Source: Gammaproteobacteria bacterium (GTDB lineage Bacteria; Pseudomonadota; Gammaproteobacteria; SZUA-229). From it: 53,490 nucleotides of DNA. The stretch covers positions 1 through 53,490 of the forward strand of contig DRLE01000036.1 in the NCBI GenBank assembly GCA_011051475.1, given 5' to 3'. The first letter of the stretch is position 1. Each line of letters starts with the position of its first letter. The notes under the pieces are model-generated. The model was not told where the DNA came from and did no database searches. It saw only the letters and a program-made list of their open reading frames with translations. The position numbers were made by a program, and so were the translations under genes. This document shows positions 28,401 to 37,030 of this stretch, in pieces.

Positions 28401-31400
28401 TCCATTGAAATTGACGAGCTTGATACGGCAGAAGCGCCGGCAGCCGATGAGCTTGATATCGACCCGATGCTGCTCAAGATTTACCATGATGAGAGCCTGA
28501 GTCATCTTGAAGAAGTACGCAGACTGCTGGATGAAAGCCGGCAACAGCAGCAAGCGTTGAAAGCGGACAAGGCGCTGATGCGCGCATTCCATACATTGTA
28601 TGGCAGCGCCCGTACCGCTGAAGTGGATGCAATCGCAGAATTAAGTGGCGCCGCCGAGAAATATATCAAGGCACGTCAGGACGGGCATGAGGAAGCCATA
28701 CCAGAAGACGTTACCGAGGTTATCGCTGAAATCGAGCAGGCCATATCCGGCATGCTCGCGCAGGTGCTTGAAGGCCGCCAGCCGGCCAGCAACAGAGAAT
28801 TGCACGACAGGATTAATCGACTGGTACAGAAAGAGATTCAGAGTCAGTTGCAGCAGTCATGGCGGGACAGCACCACACCGGCTGCGAATCAGCAGCCTGA
28901 GACCGGCCAGCCCGAAAGCGACGAGATGTCCATTGATATGGGTGAGCTGGCGCCGGAGACCGATGACACTGCCGGTATCGCTGAGGAGCCTGTTGAGGAA
29001 GCAGGCCCTGTGGAAAACGGTCAGGATACTTCTGCTGTTGATGAGCATGCTGTTGCTGAAGACCTTGAACAAGGTGTTAGCGAAAGCGCCCAGGCTGTCG
29101 AAATATCCTATGGTGATATCGATCAGGAGTTGATCGAAATCTTCCTTGAGGAGGCCGATGAACTGCTTGAGAGCTGTGAAAGAACACTCGAGGAACTGCG
29201 CCAGGCGCCGAATTCAACCGAACACATACACCAGTTACAGCGCAATATGCACACCCTGAAAGGTGGCGCGCGCATGGCCGATCTTACCCCGGTGGGTGAC
29301 CTGACACATAATCTCGAATCACTGGTGGTACTGGTTAATGAGAACAAGATAGCTGCCGACAAGGCCCTGTTTGATGTTCTGCAGGAGTCCGTAGACGTTC
29401 TTACCGGCATGCTGGCTGATGTGCGCAAGCTCAGGCCACTTACGCCGGCGGATGAACTGAACCGTCGTATCGATATGATGATGCGCGGCGAGGTTGAGGA
29501 GAAGCGCGCGGTTGAGCGCTTTGACCTGGATATAGATGATCTCGATGGCGAGGATGAAGAACTGGAGGATATCGATATTTCCCAGTTGCTGCCTCGGAAA
29601 GACGAATCTGATGAGACTGTTGTTAAGCTTGCGCCTGAAAGAGAACAGACGTCCGAGCCGCCTGCACAGCGTGATGAAGCGGCTGAAAGGCAGGATGATC
29701 GCCCGCACTGGGGTGAACGCGCCACTGATGTCAATTTCAAGGAATCCAGGGAGCAGATCAGGGTACGTTCCGACCTGCTTAATAACCTGGTGAACTATGC
29801 CGGTGAGGTGAATATCTACCATGCCCGTCTCGGCAAGCAGATTTCGGACTTCAGCTTTAACCTTTCCGAATTGACCGCAACTGTAGTGCGCCTCAAGGAG
29901 CAGCTGAGAAAACTTGAAATTGAAACCGAGATCCAGATTCGCTCCGGCTATGAAAAGGAAGGCGGTAACTACGATGAAAACTTCGATCCGCTGGAGATGG
30001 ACCAGTATTCCACACTGCAACAGCTGACACGAAGCCTGAGTGAGACTGCGGGTGACGTTGAGAGTATTAATGAGATTCTCACCGAAATCACCCGTGATTC
30101 TGAAACATTGTTGCTGCAGGAGGCCCGTGTAAGTACCGACCTGCAGGAAGGCCTGATGCGTACCCGTATGGTCCGCTTTGGTGGCCTGTCATCACGCCTG
30201 CGCCGTATCGCCCGTCAGGTGGCTCGTGAGCTTGGCAAGGAAGTTCAGCTGAAAATTATCGGTGAGGAAAGTGAGGTCGACCGTACCGTTCTTGACCGTA
30301 TTATTGCGCCGCTTGAACATTTGCTGCGTAATGCGATTGCGCACGGCATTGAAACACCGGAACAACGCCGGGCTGCCGGCAAGGATGAAACCGGTACAAT
30401 CACCATAGAAGTATCGCGCCAGGGTACCGATGTTGTTATCAATGTGAAAGATGACGGCGCCGGCATGGATGTCGACAGGATTCGCTCGAAAGCCGTACAG
30501 CAGGGTCTGATCAAGGCGGATGCCAACCTGTCTGATCGCGATGTACTGCAATGCATTCTCATGTCCGGTTTCAGTACCGCGGAGTCCGTTACCCAGGTAT
30601 CCGGACGCGGTGTCGGTATGGATGTGGTCGACAGCGAAATCAAGCAGCTTGGTGGTGTGCTTGATATCAGCACCGAGGTCGGCAAGGGTTCCAGCTTTAA
30701 TATCCGCCTGCCTCTGACCCTGGCGATTAACCAGGCGCTGCTGGTCAGTGCTGCCGACGATGTTTTCGCCGTGCCGCTGGCCAGTATTGAGGGCGTGCTG
30801 CGTATTACCGGTCTTGAACTGCAGCGTTTTTATGATAGCGGCAATACGCATTATGAATTCAATGGTGTTGAGTACACCCTGATGCACCTGGGTAACCTGC
30901 TTACCGGCAAGCAGCCTGATTACTCCAAGCAGCTGCGCCTGTTCCCGCTGTTACTGGTCAATGTCGGTGACCAGCATTTTGCCCTGCACGTGGATGACCT
31001 GCTGGGCCGCCGCGAAATTGTGGTCAAGCCAGTCGGTCTGCAGATTGGCGCCGTGCGCGGCGTAGCCGGTGCAACCATTCTGGCTGATGGCCGTGTTGTG
31101 CTGATTCTGGAAATGTCAGCTCTTGTTATGGGTGAAGGTCTGTTCCAGCCGCATGAACCGATAGAAGAGGAAGAAGTCGAGGAAGTTGCGGAAGACATCA
31201 AGACGATTATGGTTGTGGATGACTCGATTACCATCCGCAAGGTTACCGAACGCATGCTGCAGCGCTATGGCATAAACGTGATTCTGGCCAAGGACGGTGT
31301 CGATGCCACCAACCAGTTGCAGGATCATATTCCTGATCTGATGCTGCTGGATATTGAAATGCCGCATATGGATGGATTCGAGGTGGCAACCTTTGTGCGC

Positions 31401-31568
31401 AACGAGGATCGTCTGAAAGATATTCCGATTATTATGATTACTTCCCGAACCGGCAGCAAGCACAAGGACAAGGCCATGAAGATAGGCGTAAACCGCTATC
31501 TGGGTAAACCGTTCCAGGAAGAGGATCTGCTGAACAATATCAACGAGATTTTACAGACGGCTTACTAG
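25494..31568 (+). CDS. chpA: ChpA-type hybrid CheA histidine kinase: degenerate and canonical Hpt domains, acidic linkers, HATPase, CheW-like and C-terminal REC
   Basis: Three His-containing Hpt motifs (FHTLKGSGRLLG, FHTLYGSARTAE, MHTLKGGARMAD). HATPase motifs HLLRNAIAHGIE, DDGAGMD and GRGVGMDVV. C-terminal REC IMVVDDSITIRK...DIEMPHMDGF...GKPF. Long Glu/Asp-rich linkers. Confidence 0.9.
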   Translation: MNPDNTVEYNSLSWVKAQLDDVLTEAQSNLNEYIENQEKESLERCIENLQLIYGTLQMVEVYGAAMLAEEMQQTSQALLEGRIDRDEDAYDVLMRAMLQLPDYLEGIQAGKSDTPITLMPLINDLRAARKEGLLTESALFSPDIESAELVSDEHDTQDIESGKLQAEAKRLRTHYQLGLLDYIRNNKEQAGLKRIRAVLNSLVKVSAEAEVQRLWMVVSALAEGLMKEGINANLSIKMLMGAVDRQLKLLIDVGEEAFVKDYSRELVTNMLYYIGTCDVESDTINAVKDAYHLDDLMPHDDEAAGTVGGLNADLFDTVSKGISEDLGQVKDVLELYMHSAEPDLAQLEPVAEQLVRIADTYGMLGMGAIRQSVMNQADVIKKIVAGEEQASETVVLGIASELLNAESELKDFIASRSGFVDMNRKGGDENVPSAEYRQVVFAVVSEALKNFSDAKEAVLSYISGSGDKDQLEIILQRLEEVRGVAMMLPLGRVESQIVKLQNYVQTALLNNNHRPDDQEQDTVADVVTSIEYFLEALSEGRPGVEQGLNAGDAAAAKLEEVTLRYGGEPGQEQDESDALTAGEEAPEDRTEEQDLAVEEEPATLSEPVEEPATEAAATEAATAEAGDQPALAEAETAGEAAEVENYNILADDADEEIVEIFIEEAVEVLGELHNYLPQWKANHEDEEALAVVRRSFHTLKGSGRLLGAELIGEFSWKFENMLNKVIDNKINVTDALLNALDEALAVLPQLIEQLKGNREPVENIAQLMSVADALARGEEAVLETAAPADEIVAEPEEKPAEEAGIEELSADTDDIEVAGLDETALEETVIVSEVDDEAADEVEEISLDSMAGEEEDEFAYQQADDEISIETVSLDESGTDEPGTDEIEIEEMDIVIDDSMLDTGGIEEIAITSDEQEEEPGSFDEEAFTDEAAVAPESMAPGEAEEAGVDDSEEEIVSLSVEDDEGNEFSIEIDELDTAEAPAADELDIDPMLLKIYHDESLSHLEEVRRLLDESRQQQQALKADKALMRAFHTLYGSARTAEVDAIAELSGAAEKYIKARQDGHEEAIPEDVTEVIAEIEQAISGMLAQVLEGRQPASNRELHDRINRLVQKEIQSQLQQSWRDSTTPAANQQPETGQPESDEMSIDMGELAPETDDTAGIAEEPVEEAGPVENGQDTSAVDEHAVAEDLEQGVSESAQAVEISYGDIDQELIEIFLEEADELLESCERTLEELRQAPNSTEHIHQLQRNMHTLKGGARMADLTPVGDLTHNLESLVVLVNENKIAADKALFDVLQESVDVLTGMLADVRKLRPLTPADELNRRIDMMMRGEVEEKRAVERFDLDIDDLDGEDEELEDIDISQLLPRKDESDETVVKLAPEREQTSEPPAQRDEAAERQDDRPHWGERATDVNFKESREQIRVRSDLLNNLVNYAGEVNIYHARLGKQISDFSFNLSELTATVVRLKEQLRKLEIETEIQIRSGYEKEGGNYDENFDPLEMDQYSTLQQLTRSLSETAGDVESINEILTEITRDSETLLLQEARVSTDLQEGLMRTRMVRFGGLSSRLRRIARQVARELGKEVQLKIIGEESEVDRTVLDRIIAPLEHLLRNAIAHGIETPEQRRAAGKDETGTITIEVSRQGTDVVINVKDDGAGMDVDRIRSKAVQQGLIKADANLSDRDVLQCILMSGFSTAESVTQVSGRGVGMDVVDSEIKQLGGVLDISTEVGKGSSFNIRLPLTLAINQALLVSAADDVFAVPLASIEGVLRITGLELQRFYDSGNTHYEFNGVEYTLMHLGNLLTGKQPDYSKQLRLFPLLLVNVGDQHFALHVDDLLGRREIVVKPVGLQIGAVRGVAGATILADGRVVLILEMSALVMGEGLFQPHEPIEEEEVEEVAEDIKTIMVVDDSITIRKVTERMLQRYGINVILAKDGVDATNQLQDHIPDLMLLDIEMPHMDGFEVATFVRNEDRLKDIPIIMITSRTGSKHKDKAMKIGVNRYLGKPFQEEDLLNNINEILQTAY

Positions 31569-31585
31569 CTAGCCGAGAGACAGCC

Positions 31586-32056
31586 ATGGCAGATAATAAA
31601 CAGTCAATCAAATGCGTTATTCTTACCCTGCGTAAGGAGAATGTCCTTTTGCCGAACGCACTCGTTGCCGAGATCGTGTCGGTAAAGGAAGTGGAGCAAT
31701 CGGAAAACGCGCCCCCCTGGTTGCTGGGAAAGATGCACTGGCGAGGCGCCGAAGTTCCGTTGCTGTCATTTGAAGCGGCAGGTGGCGAGAAGATTTCCAG
31801 GGTAAACCTTAATACCCAGGCTGTCGTGCTTTACGGTGTTGGCAAGAATAACCAGATCAGCGAGAACCCCTACCTGGCGCTGGTTATGTCCGGCGTGCCG
31901 CATGTCAGTCATTTCAGCCGCGAACAGATCAAGGCTGATACCGAGGCCGATAACGAACATCCCATGGTAGCGCAGAAGGTTCGCATTAACGGCGCCAGCG
32001 TCAGTATCCTGGACGTGGACGCCATGGTTGACATGGTGTCCGAAGCGGCTGCCTAA
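31586..32056 (+). CDS. chpC: CheW-like protein (ChpC-like)
   Basis: Single CheW-like domain (LLPNALVAEIVSV...WLLGKMHWRGAEVPLLSFE) starting 17 nt after the chpA stop. Confidence 0.7.
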   Translation: MADNKQSIKCVILTLRKENVLLPNALVAEIVSVKEVEQSENAPPWLLGKMHWRGAEVPLLSFEAAGGEKISRVNLNTQAVVLYGVGKNNQISENPYLALVMSGVPHVSHFSREQIKADTEADNEHPMVAQKVRINGASVSILDVDAMVDMVSEAAA

Positions 32057-32074
32057 CCTGTACTGGCCGCGCCT

Positions 32075-32806
32075 CTAAAAGTCACCCCATAAAAGCTGCA
32101 TGGCGCTGATTACCGCAGGTCCTGCGGTTTCCGTGCGCAGTATGCGCGGCCCGAATTTCACCGCAGTAAAATCGTGCTCACGCAGAAAACCCGCTTCCTC
32201 ATCACTCAGTCCACCTTCAGGGCCAATCAGTACTTCAATATAAACAGGCGTTTCAGGCTGCTCCCCGAGCGAGCGTTCGGCTTCGGGTAACAGGGTGTAA
32301 CGATGTGCCTGTGGTTCGAGCAGTGATGGCAACTCGCTCAGCGACAGCGCGGGCAGAACCTGTGGAATAACCGCCCGACCGCACTGCTCACAGGCGCTGA
32401 TAGCCACCTTCTGCCAGTGCTGCTGCTTTTTATTCAGTTTGTCGGCATTGAGCCTGGTATTCGAGCGCTGACAGATCACGGGAATGATCCGGCTGACGCC
32501 CAGCTCGACCGATTTCTGAATGGTGCTCTCCATTCTGTCCTGACGTGACAGCCCCTGGAGCAGGGTGATCTTCAGGGGGGATTCATTATTGGCCGGGACT
32601 TTATCCTCGACAAGCACGGCGGTTTTTCGTGGATCGGCGTCCAGGGTTCTGGCCAGGTAATTGAAACCATCGCCATTGAACAGCACCAGCGGCGTGCCCG
32701 CCGGACTGCGCAGAACGCGAACCAGGTGGGAGGAGGCCTGGCTGTCCAGCTGCACGCCTTCGCCGCAGGCGAGGGCATCGGGATAGTACAGGCGGGTTAC
32801 GCGCAC
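32075..32806 (-). CDS. rsmE: 16S rRNA (uracil1498-N3)-methyltransferase RsmE
   Basis: HLVRVLR N-terminal PUA-like part and C-terminal IGPEGGLSDEE...LGPRILRTETA SPOUT knot motif. GTG start. Confidence 0.85.
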   Translation of the reverse strand: MRVTRLYYPDALACGEGVQLDSQASSHLVRVLRSPAGTPLVLFNGDGFNYLARTLDADPRKTAVLVEDKVPANNESPLKITLLQGLSRQDRMESTIQKSVELGVSRIIPVICQRSNTRLNADKLNKKQQHWQKVAISACEQCGRAVIPQVLPALSLSELPSLLEPQAHRYTLLPEAERSLGEQPETPVYIEVLIGPEGGLSDEEAGFLREHDFTAVKFGPRILRTETAGPAVISAMQLLWGDF

Positions 32807-32808
32807 GC

Positions 32809-33660
32809 TCAGGCGCCCGGTTTTTTCCAGCCCAGTCTTTCCCAGATGCGGTTGCTGGCCTCAAACTGGTTCAGGGTGTAGAAGTGCAGACCTGGGGCAC
32901 CTTCATCAAGCAGGCGCTGGCACAGATCGGCAACCACGTCGAGGCCGAAGTCGACCAGGCTGTCCCTGTCATCGGCATAGGCTTCCAGCTGCTTGCGGAT
33001 CCAGCGGGGAATTTCCGCGCCGCACAGGTCGGAAAAACGCACCAGGCCCTCGAAGCTGCTTATCGGCATGATGCCGGGGGTCACCGGAATATCGATACCG
33101 GCCCGCTGACAGTTGTCCATAAAGTGCCGGTAGGCATCGATATTGTAGAAGTACTGGGTAATGGCACCGTTGGCACCGGCCTCAACTTTCTGTTTGAAAA
33201 ACGCAAAGTCGGCCTGTGGTGTGGTGGCCTCGGGGTGATACTCCGGGTAGGCGGCCACTTCGATACTGAAGTGTTCGCCCGTGGTTTCACGGATATAGCT
33301 TACCAGCTCGTTGGCATGGGTGAGCTCACCGGTGCTTTCACCGTCGGGAATATCGCCGCGCAGGGCAACCAGGCGGTTGACGCCAAGCTTCCGGTATTCG
33401 TCCAGCAGTGCGCTGATCTGCGCCTTGCTGGAGCCGATACAGGAAATATGCGGCGCCACCTCGGTACTGTCGGCGCGCAGCCGCTTTACCGTTTCCAGGG
33501 TGCGGTCACGGGTGGCGCCACCGGCACCGAAGGTGACCGAGTAATAGGCCGGCTGTATGACCTTGTCTAAAGCATCCCGGCTCAGCAGCAGTTTTTCCAT
33601 GCCGGCGTCTGTGCGCGGCGGGAAAAACTCGCAGCTGAAAACCGGCTCGCGGTTGTTCAT
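32809..33660 (-). CDS. metF: Methylenetetrahydrofolate reductase
   Basis: SCEFFPPRT, YSVTFGAGG, LVALRGD and ITQYFYN motifs. Start chosen at ATG 33660. Confidence 0.9.
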   Translation of the reverse strand: MNNREPVFSCEFFPPRTDAGMEKLLLSRDALDKVIQPAYYSVTFGAGGATRDRTLETVKRLRADSTEVAPHISCIGSSKAQISALLDEYRKLGVNRLVALRGDIPDGESTGELTHANELVSYIRETTGEHFSIEVAAYPEYHPEATTPQADFAFFKQKVEAGANGAITQYFYNIDAYRHFMDNCQRAGIDIPVTPGIMPISSFEGLVRFSDLCGAEIPRWIRKQLEAYADDRDSLVDFGLDVVADLCQRLLDEGAPGLHFYTLNQFEASNRIWERLGWKKPGA

Positions 33661-33705
33661 GGCTTGTCCTTGTATCTGGTTATGACAGTAAGCGCTGGTC
33701 ACCGC

Positions 33706-35130
33706 CTAGTAGCGGTAGTGGTCAGGCTTGTACGGGCCTTCCACCGGAACCTGGATGTAGTCGGCCTGCTCCGGCGTCAGCTGGGTCAGGTTGGCGCCGA
33801 TCTTGTCCAGGTGGAAGCGCGCGACCTTTTCGTCCAGTGCCTTGGGCAGGACATAGACTTCATTGCCATATTTGTCGGCATGGTTGAAGAACTCGATCTG
33901 CGCCATCACCTGGTTGGTGAAGGAGGCGGACATAACGAAGCTGGGGTGACCGGTGGCACAGCCCAGGTTGACCAGGCGGCCCTTGGCCAGCACGATAATG
34001 CGCTTGCCATCAGGGAAAATAACGTGGTCGACCTGCGGCTTGATTTCTTCCCACTGGTACTGCTCCAGCGCGGCGATTTCAATCTCGGAATCGAAGTGAC
34101 CGATATTGCAGACAATGGCCTCATTCTTCATGGCCTTCATGTGCTCGTGGTTGATCACGTTGACATTGCCGGTGGTGGTGACGAAGATGTCGCCCTGGTC
34201 GGCGATGTCGTTCATTTCAACCACACGATAGCCTTCCATCGCCGCCTGCAGCGCACAGATAGGGTCGATTTCGGTAACCCACACGGTGGCGCCCATGCCG
34301 CGGAATGCCTGGGCGCAGCCCTTGCCGACATCGCCGTAACCCAGGACCACGCAGATCTTGCCGGCAATCATGACGTCGGTGGCACGCTTGATACCGTCGA
34401 GCAGGGATTCGCGGCAGCCATAGAGGTTGTCGAACTTGGACTTGGTCACCGAGTCGTTGACGTTCATCGCAGGGAACAGCAGTTCGCCGGCTTCCTGCAT
34501 CTGGTACAGGCGATGTACGCCGGTGGTGGTTTCCTCGGTGACGCCTTTGACGGCGTTGGCGATCTGTGTCCACTTGTCACTGCCCGGTGAAATGGTACGG
34601 TTAAGCAGATCGAGAATGGCCTTCCATTCCTCGTTGTCGTCTTCTTTGGCTTCGGGTACGGCGCCGGCCTTTTCGAATTCCACGCCCTTGTGGATCAGCA
34701 GGGTGGCATCGCCGCCATCGTCCAGGATCATGTTCGGGGTGCCGCCGTCCGGCCAGGTCAGGGCCTGCTCGGTACACCACCAGTATTCCTCGATGGTTTC
34801 GCCCTTCCAGGCAAATACGGGAATGCCCTGATCGGCAATGGCCGCGGCAGCGTGGTCCTGGGTGGAGAAGATATTGCAGGAAGCCCAGCGTACCTCGGCG
34901 CCCAGGGCAACCAGGGTTTCGATGAGTACGGCGGTCTGAATGGTCATGTGCAGGCTGCCGGTAATGCGCGCGCCCTTGAGTGGTTTTTCCTCGCCGTATT
35001 CTTCACGCAGGGCCATCAGGCCGGGCATTTCGACTTCGGCTATGCGAATTTCCTTGTGGCCCCATTCGGCCAGAGAGATGTCTGCGACTTTATAGTCAGT
35101 GGAGTTGTTTGTATCGACGACGGCGTTCAT
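33706..35130 (-). CDS. ahcY: Adenosylhomocysteinase
   Basis: [27 protein letters not shown], the NAD-binding [12 protein letters not shown] motif and the C-terminal PDHYRY. AGGAG lies 6 nt before ATG 35130; the upstream ATG 35136 abuts the RBS. Confidence 0.97.
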   Translation of the reverse strand: MNAVVDTNNSTDYKVADISLAEWGHKEIRIAEVEMPGLMALREEYGEEKPLKGARITGSLHMTIQTAVLIETLVALGAEVRWASCNIFSTQDHAAAAIADQGIPVFAWKGETIEEYWWCTEQALTWPDGGTPNMILDDGGDATLLIHKGVEFEKAGAVPEAKEDDNEEWKAILDLLNRTISPGSDKWTQIANAVKGVTEETTTGVHRLYQMQEAGELLFPAMNVNDSVTKSKFDNLYGCRESLLDGIKRATDVMIAGKICVVLGYGDVGKGCAQAFRGMGATVWVTEIDPICALQAAMEGYRVVEMNDIADQGDIFVTTTGNVNVINHEHMKAMKNEAIVCNIGHFDSEIEIAALEQYQWEEIKPQVDHVIFPDGKRIIVLAKGRLVNLGCATGHPSFVMSASFTNQVMAQIEFFNHADKYGNEVYVLPKALDEKVARFHLDKIGANLTQLTPEQADYIQVPVEGPYKPDHYRY

Positions 35131-35162
35131 GCTCATCTCCTAATCGTTAAAAATTAAAGAAA

Positions 35163-35266
35163 TGAGCGCCGTTGTTCTATCATTCCGCCCTGCAGGCAGG
35201 GCGAAGCGTTTTCTGAGCCTGACAGCTGCCGGATGATCCGTCGGCTGTTGCAGCGCTCCTCAGAAT
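35163..35266 (-). promoter_or_regulatory. SAH riboswitch (S-adenosylhomocysteine-sensing element) in the ahcY leader
   Basis: The minus-strand RNA reads CUGAGGAGCGCUGCAAC-(hairpin)-GUCAGGCUCAGAA-(hairpin GCCCUGCCUGCAGGGC)-AACGGCGCUCAUU. This contains the three conserved blocks of the SAH element as I remember it: GAGGAGCGCUGC.AC, GUCAGGCUC and AACGGCGCUCA. CUGAG/CUCAG can form P1 and GAGCGC/GCGCUC the pseudoknot. It lies about 30 nt upstream of the ahcY start. Confidence 0.85.
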
Positions 35267-35276
35267 AAGTTGTTAA

Positions 35277-36434
35277 TTATAGCCCAGCTGCGGCCTTTAA
35301 TGCATCTGCTTTATCGGTTTTTTCCCAGCTGAATTCCGGTTCTTCGCGGCCGAAATGCCCGTAGGCCGCGGTTTTGCGGTAAATCGGGCGCAGCAGGTCG
35401 AGCATGTCGACAATGCCGCGCGGTTTCAGATTAAAGTGCTCGCGGATCAGCTCGACGATTTTCTCATCGGCAATCCTGCCGGTACCGAAGGTCTGGATGG
35501 ATATCGAGGTCGGCTCGGCCACGCCAATGGCGTAGGAGACCTGGATTTCACAGCGATCGGCCAGACCGGCGGCAACCACGTTTTTGGCCACATAACGGCC
35601 GGCATAGGCGGCGGAACGATCGACCTTGGAAGGGTCCTTGCCGGAGAAGGCGCCGCCACCGTGGCGGGCCATGCCGCCGTAGGTATCGACAATGATCTTG
35701 CGCCCGGTCAGGCCGCAGTCACCCACAGGGCCGCCGATGACGAACTTGCCGGTGGGGTTGATATGAAACAGGGTGTCTTTGGTGATCCATTCTTCCGGCA
35801 GTTCGTGCAGGATGATTTCATCCATAATGGCCTCACGCAGGGTATCGTAGCTGATGTCCGCGGCGTGCTGGGTAGACAGCACCACGGCATCTACGGCGAC
35901 GGGTTTGTCGTCTTCGTAACGCAGGGTCACCTGGCTTTTGGCATCCGGGCGTAGCCAGGGCAGGGTACCGTTCTTGCGCAGTTCGGCCTGACGTTTGACC
36001 AGGCGGTGGGCGTAGGTAATGGGGGCCGGCATCAGCACATCGGTTTCATTGCTGGCATAGCCGAACATCAGACCCTGGTCGCCGGCGCCCTGTTCGTGCT
36101 CTGCAGATTCATCCACACCCATGGCAATATCGGCGGACTGCTTGTCAATCGAGGTAATCACCGCGCAGGAAGCGTAGTCGAAACCCATTTCCGAGCTGTT
36201 ATAACCGATGTCCTTGACCGTATTGCGCACCACCTCCTGCATATCGACCCAGGCTTCGGTAGTGATTTCGCCGGAAATAACCACCATACCGGTATTGACC
36301 ATGGTTTCACAGGCAACGCGCGCCTTGTGATCCTGTTCGAATATAGCGTCGAGTATGGCGTCGGAAATCTGGTCGGCTACCTTGTCCGGGTGGCCTTCGG
36401 AAACGGATTCGGATGTAAAAACATAACTGCTCAT
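35277..36434 (-). CDS. metK: S-adenosylmethionine synthase
   Basis: [56 protein letters not shown]. Confidence 0.97.
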   Translation of the reverse strand: MSSYVFTSESVSEGHPDKVADQISDAILDAIFEQDHKARVACETMVNTGMVVISGEITTEAWVDMQEVVRNTVKDIGYNSSEMGFDYASCAVITSIDKQSADIAMGVDESAEHEQGAGDQGLMFGYASNETDVLMPAPITYAHRLVKRQAELRKNGTLPWLRPDAKSQVTLRYEDDKPVAVDAVVLSTQHAADISYDTLREAIMDEIILHELPEEWITKDTLFHINPTGKFVIGGPVGDCGLTGRKIIVDTYGGMARHGGGAFSGKDPSKVDRSAAYAGRYVAKNVVAAGLADRCEIQVSYAIGVAEPTSISIQTFGTGRIADEKIVELIREHFNLKPRGIVDMLDLLRPIYRKTAAYGHFGREEPEFSWEKTDKADALKAAAGL

Positions 36435-36486
36435 AAAAATACCTTCTGTAATATTGGTTTATTGCCTGAAGCTGAGTGTCGGGTCA

Positions 36487-36736
36487 CATCGCCATGCAGG
36501 CTCCTTGCGGCATACGACCACCACGGATGGTGGAAGTGCGGATACTGCAGGAGCAGGTATCCGCCCGCCCATCCCTGGGCATGGCCGCATCGCCATCCCT
36601 GGCTCTTTGCGGCATACGACCACCACGGATGGTGGAAGTGCGGATACTGCAGGAGCAGGTATCCGCCCGCCCATCCCTGGACATAGCCGCATCGCCGTCC
36701 CTGGCTCTTTGCGGCATACTGCCCATCCCTGGGCAT
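36487..36736. repeat. Tandem repeat, 101-102-bp unit, 2 full copies plus one internally deleted copy, in the metK upstream/leader region
   Basis: Units start at 36487, 36588 and 36690 (catcgcc...). Each full unit holds hairpins ccaccacggatggtgg and gcggatactgcaggagcaggtatccgc and two copies of ccatccctgg. The third copy lacks the hairpin core. All six frames are open across the repeat. Confidence 0.9.
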
Positions 36737-36773
36737 AAAAAAACCCGTTTCAGCTTGTGCCAAAACGGGTTTT
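36737..36773 (-). terminator. Intrinsic terminator (10-bp stem, T7 tail on the minus strand) separating the dnaG transcript from metK
   Basis: aaaaaaacccgttt-cagcttgtgcca-aaacgggtttt. On the minus strand the stem is followed by TTTTTTT. Confidence 0.75.
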
Positions 36774-36933
36774 CGAAGAATCTGTCTGTCGAAGCTCGCT
36801 TTAGCAGTATTTATAAAGCGCCCGCAATCTGAGACAAATTGGCGCTGTTGGGCGATTATTATGCATTAAATGGCGGGTATGTCAAACATGGGTGCTTGCC
36901 GGACGGGCGCGCGGGTATTACGGGAATCTTTTA

Positions 36934-37027
36934 TTTTTTGCCGCAAAGAACGCAAAATGCGCAAAGAAAAGCAAAAAAGTTTTGTTTTTTTCGCGTCATT
37001 CGCGTCCTTTGCGGCAAAAAAAGCTTC
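36934..37027. repeat. Short (about 90-bp) palindromic member of the same CGCAAA inverted-repeat family as 14446-14700
   Basis: ttttttgccgcaaagaacgcaaaatgcgcaaagaaaagc pairs with tttcgcgtcattcgcgtcctttgcggcaaaaaa. The arms are about 85-90 percent identical to the outer 40 nt of the 14446-14700 arms. The element ends a few nt from the dnaG stop codon. Confidence 0.75.
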
Positions 37028-37030
37028 TTT

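Noticed and set aside
36487-36736. CRISPR array
   Set aside because: The units are directly abutting 101-102-bp repeats with no unique spacers, and no cas genes are in the window.
36435-36763. SAM riboswitch or a protein-coding gene in the metK upstream repeat (ORFs 36431-36763, 36454-36738, 36476-36832 and others)
   Set aside because: All six frames are open across the repeat, which is what a stop-free GC-rich tandem repeat produces. The translations are repeat-derived low-complexity strings with no RBS or start context. No SAM-I, II, III or V signature was recognised.
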